Translations under genes and position numbers: made by a program
Assembly: GCA_040770465.1 (NCBI GenBank)
Contig: JAXGJB010000004.1
Coordinates: 47,117-111,116 of the forward strand
DNA length: 64,000 nucleotides
Reading direction: 5' to 3'
Source of the DNA: Methanothrix sp.
GTDB taxonomy: Archaea > Halobacteriota > Methanosarcinia > Methanotrichales > Methanotrichaceae
Shown: positions 10,218-20,255 of the stretch, one piece after another
Numbering within the stretch: position 1 is the stretch's first letter
Layout: each line of letters begins with the position of its first letter
The notes under the pieces: model-generated
Seen by the model: the letters and a program-made list of their open reading frames with translations, nothing else
Databases searched by the model: none
Told to the model about the DNA's origin: nothing

Positions 10218-11120
10218 TCAAGGGAACTTTCTGCCAAACTTCTCTTCGAGCTGACTCTTTATATCCCCAATTACGGCCTGGGTCTCTTCTGCGTTGGGAC
10301 CGGATCCGGTCTGGTTCACGGCCTGCTCAGTCTCTCCAACCCCTCCGGTTTCGCTGACGGCCTGCTCAGTCTCTTCTGCAGGCCCGGTTTCGTTCACCAC
10401 CGTCTCCGCCGGCGCCGCGACCTCTTCGGTCTGGTTCACGGCCTCGGCAGATCCCGGCTCACCCATCTCGAGCCCCTCGCAGTAGCCGGGCGTGAGGGGT
10501 GAGCTGCTCTCGTTGATGGTTATTCGGAGAGAGTCGGGGAAGTAGACCACGACGTCCTCGGTGACGTTCCCGTCTATGAATATCGCGGAGATTACGGAAG
10601 TGGTCAGGTTGGACGGCTGGTAGACGACCAGTGCCTGGTTTCCGATCATTCCCCAGATGGCGGGCCGATCGCCGATAAGATAGGGGTCAGGGCTGTAAAC
10701 GGTCTGATTAAGCTCTGGGCTGAAGCTCTCGGCGACCGCTTTCAGGCCCAGGGCGTCAAGCTCTTCTTCAGGGGGATCGCAAGGGTAGAGGAGGAGGACA
10801 AAGACTCTGCTCCCGTTGAAAAGGAGAGTTGCTTGCACGTATCTTCCTTCGGAGTAATTTCCCTCGGAGAGGGATTCTGCCTCCACGATATCCTCAACTT
10901 CCTTAGGGACGGCGAAGCCGATCTCTGCATAGTCGTACAGGTCCCCACCGATCCAGGTGAGATTTTCATCCTGGGCTGTATCTTCGGCCTGGGTTGCATT
11001 TTCGTCCTGGGCTGCCGCCGGCATACAAATCAGAAGGCATAGCATGATGCATCCAAATAAGATCTTCAGCCATCCTGGGGCTGAACTGCAAGGCATAACC
11101 GCGATTTTCATCCACTTCAC
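10218..11120 (-). CDS. Secreted acidic hypothetical protein with repetitive C-terminal linker
   Basis: 300 aa, signal-like N-terminus, repeats ETEQAVSETG/ETEQAVNQTG, many NxT sequons. Confidence 0.7.
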   Translation of the reverse strand: MKWMKIAVMPCSSAPGWLKILFGCIMLCLLICMPAAAQDENATQAEDTAQDENLTWIGGDLYDYAEIGFAVPKEVEDIVEAESLSEGNYSEGRYVQATLLFNGSRVFVLLLYPCDPPEEELDALGLKAVAESFSPELNQTVYSPDPYLIGDRPAIWGMIGNQALVVYQPSNLTTSVISAIFIDGNVTEDVVVYFPDSLRITINESSSPLTPGYCEGLEMGEPGSAEAVNQTEEVAAPAETVVNETGPAEETEQAVSETGGVGETEQAVNQTGSGPNAEETQAVIGDIKSQLEEKFGRKFP

Positions 11121-11129
11121 CTCGTGAAA

Positions 11130-11408
11130 TTAATCTATCCTGAACTCGGGCTTGAACCATCCAGATCTCATCTTCAAAGTCTTCCAATACAAGCCGACAC
11201 CACTGGCCAGCCTCCTCTTCGACCCCGGCGATCCGTCATCCGTCCCCTCCTTCTTCAGATCGTCCTCTGAAAGATCATTCGCCATCAGATGCCCACTCCA
11301 GGTTCTGAGACGGCGGAGCCTCATTCGATCCGAGGCCACAACCAGCGCCCGGCATTTCTGTATCCATTTTTTATCTCGTCGCATCATAGTATTATAATTA
11401 ACGGCCAT
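11130..11408 (-). CDS. Small hypothetical protein (uncertain)
   Basis: 92-aa ORF ending 9 nt before the next gene on the same strand; no motif recognised. Confidence 0.3.
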   Translation of the reverse strand: MAVNYNTMMRRDKKWIQKCRALVVASDRMRLRRLRTWSGHLMANDLSEDDLKKEGTDDGSPGSKRRLASGVGLYWKTLKMRSGWFKPEFRID

Positions 11409-11779
11409 GGAGGGTAGGTTTGCGGCAACGAGCCTCAGATTTGGCCCTCATCTGAATCCCATTTCAACCTGAAGAAGAAAATAGACTGTAGACTGAAACG
11501 GGGCGGCGAGGGCTCTCCGGCAAGCGCCCGCTCAATCGCCCAAGACCTCAAACAGGCCGATCGCCGCCCGGCTCCTCGCGGGGTTCGGCGTCGCCTCGGC
11601 CCTGGCCAAGAACCAGAGGGAAACGAACGGCGGCATAATCGATGCCAAAATCTTCGCGATGCTTCACCGCTTCGCGCTATCTTCGTTGTGGCTCTTACCC
11701 CAGGCGGCGCAGAAATTCGGACGGCTGGGAGGAGGGGCGACGAAATCGAGAAATAGCAGGGGCGCGAATTTTCGCGAGG

Positions 11780-13042
11780 GTGAAAAGGACGGCGGACGAA
11801 GGGCGCAGGGTTGTGGCTGCCGAGGAGATCCCGGCGGCTGACGTTCCGAAAACTGATCGGGAGCTTCTTCTTGGGCGCAGGGTGGTGAGGGCCGAGGAGA
11901 TCCTAGCGGAGATCGAGCGGGGTGAGCCAGTCAAGTACGAGAACGTGATCGTCGAGGGAGATTTGGACCTTGATAACATAGGATTAAGATTAGAACGCAT
12001 AAAGTTACATCCAGATCTTATTAGCCCTGAATTCGGTGCTGTAGAATACGATGTCAAATGCGTTAAATCTATCATAGAAATCAAAGATTGTGATCTGAAA
12101 GGATCTGTGAATTTTGCTAAAGCAATTTTCCATGAAGTTGTTGATTTTACAGAAACAGTATTTTATGGACGAGTTGATTTTGGGCAAACAGTATTCTGTA
12201 AAGAGACAATCTTTGCTTGGACGCATTTTCATAAACGTGCTGTATTTTATATGGCTCGATTTAAGGGTAATGCTATTTTTGGATATAATTTCGGTCACAA
12301 TAATGGTAATGGTGCAAAATTTAATGAAGATGCAACTTTTGGTCACGCTATTTTCGAAAAACAATCCGATTTTTTCAACACTCAATTTAATCGATCCGCC
12401 GTTTTTTTCAGAGCACAGTTTTTTGAAAATGCCTATTTTGATTTGGCTCGATTTGAGGATGAAATTCAGTTCATCGATGCCAAATTTAATAAATGGTTAG
12501 AATTAAATGGTACTAAAATTAATAGAATCACTTTATTTTTCATTTGTGGTGATGTGCAAATTTCACTACGTCAGTCCCAATTCAATCGATTTTCTGTCCC
12601 CCTAGCTCAGATCAAAAAACTGGAGGCTTCCGATGAAGATAGATTGGCACTAATTAATAATTTTAAAAATATGGGCTTATTCGAAGATGCAGATAAATTT
12701 TATTATGAATATAGAAAATCCAAGATGATGGAAAAAGGAAGATCTTATTGGTCTAGGCTTTATGATATTATATCCTTCCTATCTTGTGGTTATGGTGTTC
12801 GTCCTGATTTCACATTAATTATTATTGGAACAATAATATTTCTATCCGGACTTCTATTTTTGGGAAGCGGTCATTCAATTTGGGAGTGTTTCTATTTCAG
12901 CATAATGACGTTCGCAGGAAACGGACCAGACAATTTGGAGTTGACCAGTTTTTTAAGAATCGTGGAAGTAATCGAAGCAATTTCAGGCTATCTCTTCCTC
13001 GCGCTCTTAGTCATAGTGCTGGCCCGAAAATTCATCAGGTGA
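11780..13042 (+). CDS. Pentapeptide-repeat protein with C-terminal two-TM ion-channel-like domain
   Basis: Repeated AxFxxAxF units; CGYGVRP then TM, FYFSIMTF pore-like helix and TM; start placed at GTG 11780 (track 11642). Confidence 0.8.
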   Translation: MKRTADEGRRVVAAEEIPAADVPKTDRELLLGRRVVRAEEILAEIERGEPVKYENVIVEGDLDLDNIGLRLERIKLHPDLISPEFGAVEYDVKCVKSIIEIKDCDLKGSVNFAKAIFHEVVDFTETVFYGRVDFGQTVFCKETIFAWTHFHKRAVFYMARFKGNAIFGYNFGHNNGNGAKFNEDATFGHAIFEKQSDFFNTQFNRSAVFFRAQFFENAYFDLARFEDEIQFIDAKFNKWLELNGTKINRITLFFICGDVQISLRQSQFNRFSVPLAQIKKLEASDEDRLALINNFKNMGLFEDADKFYYEYRKSKMMEKGRSYWSRLYDIISFLSCGYGVRPDFTLIIIGTIIFLSGLLFLGSGHSIWECFYFSIMTFAGNGPDNLELTSFLRIVEVIEAISGYLFLALLVIVLARKFIR

Positions 13043-13063
13043 GCGACAGTATTGCCCCGCCTC

Positions 13064-13750
13064 TCACCACACTTTCAGATCGATGCTCTCGATCCTGACC
13101 ATCCTCCCCTCGGAGTGGACGATCATCCCCGAGTGGACCTTCTGCATCATGCAGTGCTCGGGAAGAAAGCTCACCGTCTCCCCGACCTCGGGGATCCGGC
13201 CCCTGCTGACGACCCCCTCGAAGGCCGCCACCAGGCAGACGCCCACGTCTTTTGGGGCGAAGCTCTCGTCGCCGAGGAGGTGGCGGGGCCCCACCATGTG
13301 GACGGTGACCAGGCCGTGATCGATCTTGATGATCTTTCCGAAATGAGTTACGGGACAGCCGAGGGGCCGGTAGCGGAGGACGTCTCCGACCTCAAACTCA
13401 GCATCCCGGTCGAAGGGGTGGACGTCCTCGCGACAGGAGGGCTCGCCGGGGAGGGGCGCCAGGGCGAAGTCCGCGGCGAGGCCGTCGATGACTCCCCGGA
13501 TCTCGGCCCCTCCCTCTTCCTCTTCGCCTCCTCGCCCCTCGGCCCGTCGCCTCCGGAGCCGTGGGAGGATCTCCTCTATCTCAGCCCTCTTCTCCCGGTG
13601 CTTCTCGAGGCCTAGGTGAGGGCAGAGGTCGATCTCGACCTCTCGTCCCCGGTCGGTGCCTCTCAAGAGGGCTCTCGCGAACTCCCGGCAGTTCTTGAAC
13701 CCGCACTCACCGCAGTTGTAGCCGGGCAGAAGCCGTTCGATCTCCTTCAT
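13064..13750 (-). CDS. Fe-S-binding protein (RnfB N-terminal-type 4Fe-4S motif)
   Basis: LLPGYNCGECGFKNC...CP motif plus further conserved-looking Cys (PSCRE, LGCP, EHCMMQ). Confidence 0.85.
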   Translation of the reverse strand: MKEIERLLPGYNCGECGFKNCREFARALLRGTDRGREVEIDLCPHLGLEKHREKRAEIEEILPRLRRRRAEGRGGEEEEGGAEIRGVIDGLAADFALAPLPGEPSCREDVHPFDRDAEFEVGDVLRYRPLGCPVTHFGKIIKIDHGLVTVHMVGPRHLLGDESFAPKDVGVCLVAAFEGVVSRGRIPEVGETVSFLPEHCMMQKVHSGMIVHSEGRMVRIESIDLKVW

Positions 13751-13809
13751 CTCGCTTGCTCCATCCGCTTGCTCAGTCGATGGTCGTCAGTCTGGGACTT
13801 CAGCCCTCT

Positions 13810-14508
13810 CTACTCCCCGGAGTACTCCATGAACCCGTCCAGGTGGCGGAGGACCCCCCGATGGTGCTCCTTCGATACCCGGAGCTCCCCGGTGCAGAGG
13901 GTACAGATTGCGAGGGGCGGGTTGTGCCGCAGGAGCATCTGGTCGCCGACATCGGGGCCGTCCCTTATCAGCTCGGCGAGCTCCGCCGCCCCCTTGCCGG
14001 ATAGGCCGTTCGCCTCGACGATCCTGCAGCCGGGGTTCGCCTCAAGAATCCTCTCCCGGAAGACCTCCCTCTCGGCCTGGGAGACCATGTCCCCCTTCGT
14101 CACCACGGCGACGTCCGCCGTCGTCAGAAGAGGCCCCACCTTGAGGGGAGCATTTGGCCCGGTGGTGACGTCGATGACGCATACCGCAAGGCACGAGTCG
14201 GGGTAGGGGGCGCACCGGAGGCAGAGCCCCGCCGTCTCGTTCAGGAGGACGTCGGCCTCCTCGCCTTCTGCCCACTTTAGCATCTCGTCGACGTTGTATA
14301 TCGAGTAGTGGTCCGGACACATGTCCTTTGCAAGGCCCACGGCGACGGGGACCCCGAGCCGCTGAAACCTCCTGTCGTCCTCGGTCCAGAGACAGTCGAT
14401 CTTGACGACTGCTGGTCTGACCCCCTCCCTCTGGAGGCTCTTTGCGGCGTGGATCAGAACCGAGGTCTTGCCGGAGCCCGGGGTTCCCGCGATCACTGCA
14501 AGCTTCAA
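13810..14508 (-). CDS. HypB/UreG-like G3E GTPase (metallochaperone)
   Basis: [25 protein letters not shown] and C-terminal CTLC. Confidence 0.88.
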   Translation of the reverse strand: MKLAVIAGTPGSGKTSVLIHAAKSLQREGVRPAVVKIDCLWTEDDRRFQRLGVPVAVGLAKDMCPDHYSIYNVDEMLKWAEGEEADVLLNETAGLCLRCAPYPDSCLAVCVIDVTTGPNAPLKVGPLLTTADVAVVTKGDMVSQAEREVFRERILEANPGCRIVEANGLSGKGAAELAELIRDGPDVGDQMLLRHNPPLAICTLCTGELRVSKEHHRGVLRHLDGFMEYSGE

Positions 14509-15278
14509 AGCGCTGCCCCCACCACCACCTCGCCCCGCCGGATCGTCTCCCTCAGGTTCATCAGCCAGTCGTCGACTTTTGCCAGATCCTCGCAGACCTT
14601 CTGCTCGGAAGCGCTCGTCTCGATAACCCTCACCATCCCGCCGTTCTTCATGACGACCCTCCTCGAAGTCATCAATGCCAGCATCGGGTCGTGGGTCACC
14701 ACGACGACGATCTTCCCCTCGCCTGCGAGAAGCTCCAGAGCCTCCTTCTTCTTGATTCCGGCGTTCTCGATCTCGTCGATGAGGACGATCGGCGAATCGC
14801 TGATCACGGCGATGTCAGCGGTCATGAGAGCCCTCGACTGGCCGCCGCTCAGGATCGTAAGATGGTGATGGGGTTGGACCGGTTCGCCTGTGAGGGTGTT
14901 GGCTAGCTCGATCACTCGCCCCACCACCTCAGGGGACCTTCCCCTGCTCTTGGCGTGCATCCGCAGGAACTCCTCGACGCTCATGTCGGCTAGAAAGTGC
15001 ATGTTCTGGGAGAGCTGGGCTATCAGCTTCTTTCGGGGGTCGGATCTCGTCTCGGCTTTTGGCTCGCATCCGTCGATCAGGATCTTCCGGCCCGAAGGGG
15101 TGTCACCCTGGGCGAACTGCTCGATGTCGGCTATGAGGGAGCTCTTTCCAGAGCCTGTCGGGCCGACGATCCCGATGATCTCGCCCCGGTGCATCTCAAG
15201 CATCTCCACCTGGTCCGGGTCTCCATCTTTGTCCACCCCCCCGATGATGGTGAGCTTGCAGGCTTTGTCCGTCGTCAT
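14505..15278 (-). CDS. Soluble ABC-family ATPase with no adjacent permease
   Basis: Walker [14 protein letters not shown] signature, Walker B VLIDE, H-loop VTHD. Confidence 0.9.
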   Translation of the reverse strand: MTTDKACKLTIIGGVDKDGDPDQVEMLEMHRGEIIGIVGPTGSGKSSLIADIEQFAQGDTPSGRKILIDGCEPKAETRSDPRKKLIAQLSQNMHFLADMSVEEFLRMHAKSRGRSPEVVGRVIELANTLTGEPVQPHHHLTILSGGQSRALMTADIAVISDSPIVLIDEIENAGIKKKEALELLAGEGKIVVVVTHDPMLALMTSRRVVMKNGGMVRVIETSASEQKVCEDLAKVDDWLMNLRETIRRGEVVVGAAL

Positions 15279-15281
15279 GGT

Positions 15282-16556
15282 TCAGGCCCTCCGTCCCAGG
15301 ATCTCTTCGATCTCGACCAGAAGCTGTTGGTCGCTGTCGGATGATGATTCAGATGAGAGGGCCGAGGGCTCGGCCTCGATCTCGGATTTGAGCGTGAACA
15401 TGTCAAGTTCCTCCTTCGCCCGGGAGACTCCGCCCCCGGTGATGTTGAGCAGAATGGGATCGTCCTTTTCGACCGTCCCGGATCGTACGGCCTTTTCGAG
15501 AGCTGCGACGGCGATCGCCGCCGCGGGGAGAATGTCGATATTCTCAGACTCCTCGAAGACCCGCTGGGCGAGGGCCGCCTCCCGGTTTGAGACGGCGTAG
15601 ACGAGGCCTTTCGTCTCCTCCAGGGCGTCCTTGACGCCGCCTCTGACGGCGTAAGGCGGCTTTCTGTTGTAGAGGACGTCGTCGTACATCCCGTCGGGAC
15701 AGGAGCCCACATCCATCTCGGAGCCGGTCCAGGAGGCATAGATGGGGGCGCAGGGGGCGTTCTGGGCGAGGTGGAGCTTCGGGAGGGCCGAGCCGAAACG
15801 GCCGTCTTCGATCAGCCGGATCGATGCCTCCCAGGCGGCGATCCCGCCGGTCCCGCTCCCGACGGCCTGGAAGTAGTGCTTCGGGAGGGCCTTCATGGTG
15901 AGGACCCCGTCAAGCATCACCACCCCCATACCGTCTCTGCGGGCGACGTTCCTCGCCCCACCCTCGCCGACGAACCGGGGATGTTCGGCGAGCCTTCCGG
16001 CGAGGTCGATCGCCTCGGTGTAGTCGCCGTTCACCGAGACGACGCAGATGGTGTCTCGGGGCTCTTCGCAGATCCAGAGCCTGCCGAGCCCCGAGGACGG
16101 GACGACCAGGACGAGGGGGATCATTGCCTTCGAGGCGGCCTGGGCGAAGGCCCTGGCGGTGTTCCCAGCCGAGGCGACCACCAGGATCTGGCCCTCCTCC
16201 AGCTCCGCCATCCTCTCCACCGTCGGCGGAGCTTCCAGGTCCTTGAAGCTGCAGGTGGTAATCTTTCCCCCCCTCTCGGGCCAGTAGCCGCTGAAGCTGA
16301 TGTAGAGGTTTCTGAGCCCCAGCTCCCGGGCCAGCCCCTCGCTCCTGTAGGTGACGGGCTTCTCCCCCGACCCCCGGAGGGGCATCTTCACGGGGAGCCA
16401 GTCGTAGAACTTCCAGAGCCCCGGCAGGTCGTCTCTGGGGGTGAGCCTTTTTGTAAGATACTCGGTCCTGAGGAGTGAGTCGTCATTTTGACAGGTGAGA
16501 GCGCGTGGCGGCTGCGCATACCCGCAGCCCAGACACCTCACCAGATATTCGCCCAT
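15282..16556 (-). CDS. Cysteate synthase
   Basis: ThrC-fold PLP enzyme with FSGYWPERG, TCSFKDLEA and GEGGARNVARRDG, typical of MA3297-type cysteate synthases. Confidence 0.9.
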   Translation of the reverse strand: MGEYLVRCLGCGYAQPPRALTCQNDDSLLRTEYLTKRLTPRDDLPGLWKFYDWLPVKMPLRGSGEKPVTYRSEGLARELGLRNLYISFSGYWPERGGKITTCSFKDLEAPPTVERMAELEEGQILVVASAGNTARAFAQAASKAMIPLVLVVPSSGLGRLWICEEPRDTICVVSVNGDYTEAIDLAGRLAEHPRFVGEGGARNVARRDGMGVVMLDGVLTMKALPKHYFQAVGSGTGGIAAWEASIRLIEDGRFGSALPKLHLAQNAPCAPIYASWTGSEMDVGSCPDGMYDDVLYNRKPPYAVRGGVKDALEETKGLVYAVSNREAALAQRVFEESENIDILPAAAIAVAALEKAVRSGTVEKDDPILLNITGGGVSRAKEELDMFTLKSEIEAEPSALSSESSSDSDQQLLVEIEEILGRRA

Positions 16557-16704
16557 GAGGGTATTTCGGGGGAGATTGGGATATAACGTTTTCTGTTTTG
16601 TCCAATAATTCGCCCTTATTGTGAAATACTCATCTCTTTAAATGTACTATCTGACCACAAATTTCGCGCTCTTCGGTGCCGGATGATGGATCAATGAAAT
16701 CTTC

Positions 16705-19700
16705 CTAAAATAAGTTATGTCTAATTCGGATCGAGAAATCTTCGCGTTCCCTCGTAAGATTCTGATTATAGTACGGATCTTTGTCCAGCAAGTCCCCCCA
16801 CTTATTCCTCATGAAACTGACCTCTTCCTGAAACCTTTTCTGCTTCTCTGGTGTATCTTCGTATCCCCTGCTCAGCGATTCATGGTGGTACAGCTCTGCG
16901 TATGGAGTATAGACAATCCTATATCCCTTCTGTCTCAATTTTAGGCAATAATCTATGTCGTTGAATGCAATGGCCAGGTTTTTCTCATCAAATCCTCCCA
17001 CCTCCTCGAATAATGATTTTTTCGTCATCATACAAGCTGCTGTAACTGCACTGAAATTTTGTACCATTTGGATCCGGCAAAAATATCCAGGATTATTTGC
17101 AGGAAAGCATTTGTGAGCATGTCCTGCCACACCACCCAAACCGATGATTACCCCAGCATGTTGTATGGATCCATTAGGATAAAGCAACTTGGCCCCGACA
17201 GCTCCAACAGTTCTCCTTTGTGCATGTTCCAACATTGCGACTATCCACCGCTCACTTATTATTTCAACATCGTTATTTAGAAAAACTAAAAATTCACTAC
17301 TGGAATTAGATACAGCAAAATTATTCATCTTAGAGTAATTAAATACCTCATCAAAATGCAAAATTTTTATAAAACTACTATCGAGCGTTGTGTAATAGTT
17401 GAACGTCTCCTCATTTACGCTCTGATTGTCTATTAAAATAATTTCATAATTATCATATAATGTTTTAGCGATAATTGAATTAACGCACTTCCTAAGAGTA
17501 TTAACATTATCCCTTGTTGGGATAATAATCGATATCTTTGGCTCATCAATTATCTTATATTTAATCCTGTAGTCTACGCCCAAACAGACGCCCACAGAGA
17601 TCTTCTCTATTCTAATCTCTCTCCTCATCATAGCATCTTCCAAAGCTTTTATTGCACCCTGATATGCATACGACTTTGCTTCACATGATGACGCTGTTGA
17701 TTCCTGTGCAGTCCTCCAGTGGTAGAGTATCTTCGGGATATGCCCAATCCCATCCTCTCCGATTCGCTCGGTGACCCGCAAGAATAGGTCGTAATCCTGA
17801 GATCCATCGTACTCCGACCTGAAGCCTCCAACCTCGTCGACAAGCCTCTTTCTTATCATCGAAAGGTGGCAAAGATAGTTGCAGGAGAGGAACATGTCTG
17901 GGGACCAGTCCGGCTTGAAGAAGGGGTCATGCCTCGCCCCCGTCTCATCGATCTTATCTTCATCAGAGTAGACGTAATCGAGGTTTGGATTTTCGTTCAA
18001 AAGCTTGACGACCTCATATAGGGCGAATGGAGCAAGCTCATCATCGTGATCGAGGAAGGCCACGAAGTCACCGGTAGCCATCGAGAGCGCCTCGTTGGAG
18101 TTTCCAGCTATGCCTCGGTTCTCCGACAGGAACCTTACAAGTATCCTTGGATTGGCTGCCTCGTACTCCTCCAGAACATCCCTCACGTGAGGCCTTTCAG
18201 ATCTTCCCTCGGCGATGCAAAGCTCCCAGTTGTCGTATACCTGGCCCAGGACGGACTCTATCGCCCGCCTCAGCCACCTCTCTTCGGTGTTCCAGACCGG
18301 GGTTATGATGCTGATCTTTGGCCTGTATTTGAGTGAAAGCGCCCTTTTTTTAAGCACTTCAAGCTCCCGTTGCGAGGGCTCGTTTTTAAGCCGCCACAAG
18401 TGGTATCTGTCCCACACCTTCAGGCTGCTGAAGGCCTGAAGGCCAATCTGCCCTTCAATCTCCCTTCCGGATCTGTACAGCCTGAGCTCCTTGAATTTTG
18501 AAGCAGGATCGTACCAGACGGCGGCATGGGGTTCGCCCTCGGATTTAAGCTCGAAAAAAATCATCTCTTCCGGGATCTCTTTTACGGGTTTGAACCTGAA
18601 CGGGGTATAATCGTTATCTTTGATGGCCTGGCCCTTCACCTTCGCCTCTCTTATGACCGGACCCTTGGGGGAGCCTTTCAGCCTCAAGGTCAGATCCGAG
18701 TTTCTCCTCCTGTAGCTAGCCGTGAATATCCTCACCTCATTCAAGCCTTCAGTCGGAAAGATGAACTCACCGGACAAGACCTCATCTAGGGGGAGGGGAA
18801 CGCAGCTCGACGAGCCGAGCCTGTTTGTCTCAAACAGGGGTGTATTCAGGTTTTCTTTTAAGAAGGGTATCTTTGAAGACATCTTCCACCTAACCCTGAA
18901 AGAAAGGCTTTTCAGCCCCTCGTTCACCAGGATTCTCCCCCCCTCAAGCCACAGATCGTAGCATCTCCGCCGTCTCGTTCCCAGCGGCATCCTCCGCTCC
19001 ACCAACCAGTTGTGGTAATTCATCAGAAGCTGCCAGACGATGCTCCGCCGCATATCGAAGATATCCTTCTCCAACCCCTGAACCCTCTCATTTTGTTCTG
19101 ATATCTTGATGGCGAGGTCTTCTGCTCGTTCTCTTTCCCTCCTTAGTTCCTCTTTTATGGCGGCGATTTTGCCATCTCGATTTGATATCGTGGTGGCAAG
19201 GGCCTCTGCTCTTTCTTTTTCTTTCTGGAGTTCCTCGCCAATGGCAGTGATTCGCTCGTCGCGTTCAGATACTGCCTGGTCTAAGGATTCCATTTTGAAT
19301 CCAATCTTGGATATCTGATATTCGAGGTTTTTTATGTGAGTGTCCTTAGATTCTGGAATTGCTCTTAGGCAGTCGAATAAAAGAGAAACTAGCTTCTGAT
19401 ACTTGATTATGTCAAATCTGGTTGAAAAATTGATCATTGCTTGAAGTTTATTTATGGGCAGAGATCCTTTTTTACCAATAATATATATTCGTCTGTATGT
19501 CGGCTCTATCAAGTCACCCAACTCGATGAAGTTCTCATTGTAGAACCTATAGACTGCCTTTATCTTATCAGCGGGTGGACCATATTTATAAGAGTAAAAT
19601 ATGAAACATTGTAGCAGATACCAGTTTAGTATGTTGTTTGTCGTCACCACAAAAAAATCATAACCTTCCTCTATTAAATAACGCTCTAATTCGTCTTTTT

Positions 19701-20202
19701 TAGGCAGGTTGGTTTTTATGTGCTCTTCAAGCCATGGATGTTGTCTTTCCGTAATCTCTAAGAAAAAATTGTTGGCCCTATTCTCGGCTTCCTCATTCTC
19801 TTCAGAGTAGAAGGGGCCGCCAAGTATTATGTAGTTTTTACTAATTCTTAGCATCTCTGATAATGATATTATCCTGTCACTCGGATTGATATGCTCATAA
19901 AGGTCCGAAGATATCACCACATCAAAGGAATCGTCCTCGAAAGGGGCCTTTTTAATATTTCCAACAATATAATTCTTTTCTTGTTGTTCGCTTCTTCTTA
20001 TATCAATGATGTATAGCTTGTTTCTTTTATGTAAAAATTTTATCAGGTCTCCGTTCCGTCCTCCTACATCCAAAATCTCAAATCCTCCGCCCGCCCTTAA
20101 AATATCAACCAAATTATTTATTAATTTGTTTCTTGTATATAGATCAAATGGCAAGCTTAATATATCATTCTCATTTTGGCTCATATTGTATTTCTCCCGC
20201 AT
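16705..20202 (-). CDS. Multidomain glycan polymerase/capping protein: methyltransferase, coiled coil, two GT2 domains (WsaE-like)
   Basis: ILDVGGRNG; heptad-rich coiled coil; GT2 motifs ISIITPVWN/FLDHDD and ISIIIPTRD/FLNND...NDIDYCL. Confidence 0.88.
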   Translation of the reverse strand: MREKYNMSQNENDILSLPFDLYTRNKLINNLVDILRAGGGFEILDVGGRNGDLIKFLHKRNKLYIIDIRRSEQQEKNYIVGNIKKAPFEDDSFDVVISSDLYEHINPSDRIISLSEMLRISKNYIILGGPFYSEENEEAENRANNFFLEITERQHPWLEEHIKTNLPKKDELERYLIEEGYDFFVVTTNNILNWYLLQCFIFYSYKYGPPADKIKAVYRFYNENFIELGDLIEPTYRRIYIIGKKGSLPINKLQAMINFSTRFDIIKYQKLVSLLFDCLRAIPESKDTHIKNLEYQISKIGFKMESLDQAVSERDERITAIGEELQKEKERAEALATTISNRDGKIAAIKEELRRERERAEDLAIKISEQNERVQGLEKDIFDMRRSIVWQLLMNYHNWLVERRMPLGTRRRRCYDLWLEGGRILVNEGLKSLSFRVRWKMSSKIPFLKENLNTPLFETNRLGSSSCVPLPLDEVLSGEFIFPTEGLNEVRIFTASYRRRNSDLTLRLKGSPKGPVIREAKVKGQAIKDNDYTPFRFKPVKEIPEEMIFFELKSEGEPHAAVWYDPASKFKELRLYRSGREIEGQIGLQAFSSLKVWDRYHLWRLKNEPSQRELEVLKKRALSLKYRPKISIITPVWNTEERWLRRAIESVLGQVYDNWELCIAEGRSERPHVRDVLEEYEAANPRILVRFLSENRGIAGNSNEALSMATGDFVAFLDHDDELAPFALYEVVKLLNENPNLDYVYSDEDKIDETGARHDPFFKPDWSPDMFLSCNYLCHLSMIRKRLVDEVGGFRSEYDGSQDYDLFLRVTERIGEDGIGHIPKILYHWRTAQESTASSCEAKSYAYQGAIKALEDAMMRREIRIEKISVGVCLGVDYRIKYKIIDEPKISIIIPTRDNVNTLRKCVNSIIAKTLYDNYEIILIDNQSVNEETFNYYTTLDSSFIKILHFDEVFNYSKMNNFAVSNSSSEFLVFLNNDVEIISERWIVAMLEHAQRRTVGAVGAKLLYPNGSIQHAGVIIGLGGVAGHAHKCFPANNPGYFCRIQMVQNFSAVTAACMMTKKSLFEEVGGFDEKNLAIAFNDIDYCLKLRQKGYRIVYTPYAELYHHESLSRGYEDTPEKQKRFQEEVSFMRNKWGDLLDKDPYYNQNLTREREDFSIRIRHNLF

Positions 20203-20255
20203 ATTTTAATATCCCACTCATACTTCGTCGTTTTCGCCGATCCATTAATCCACAA

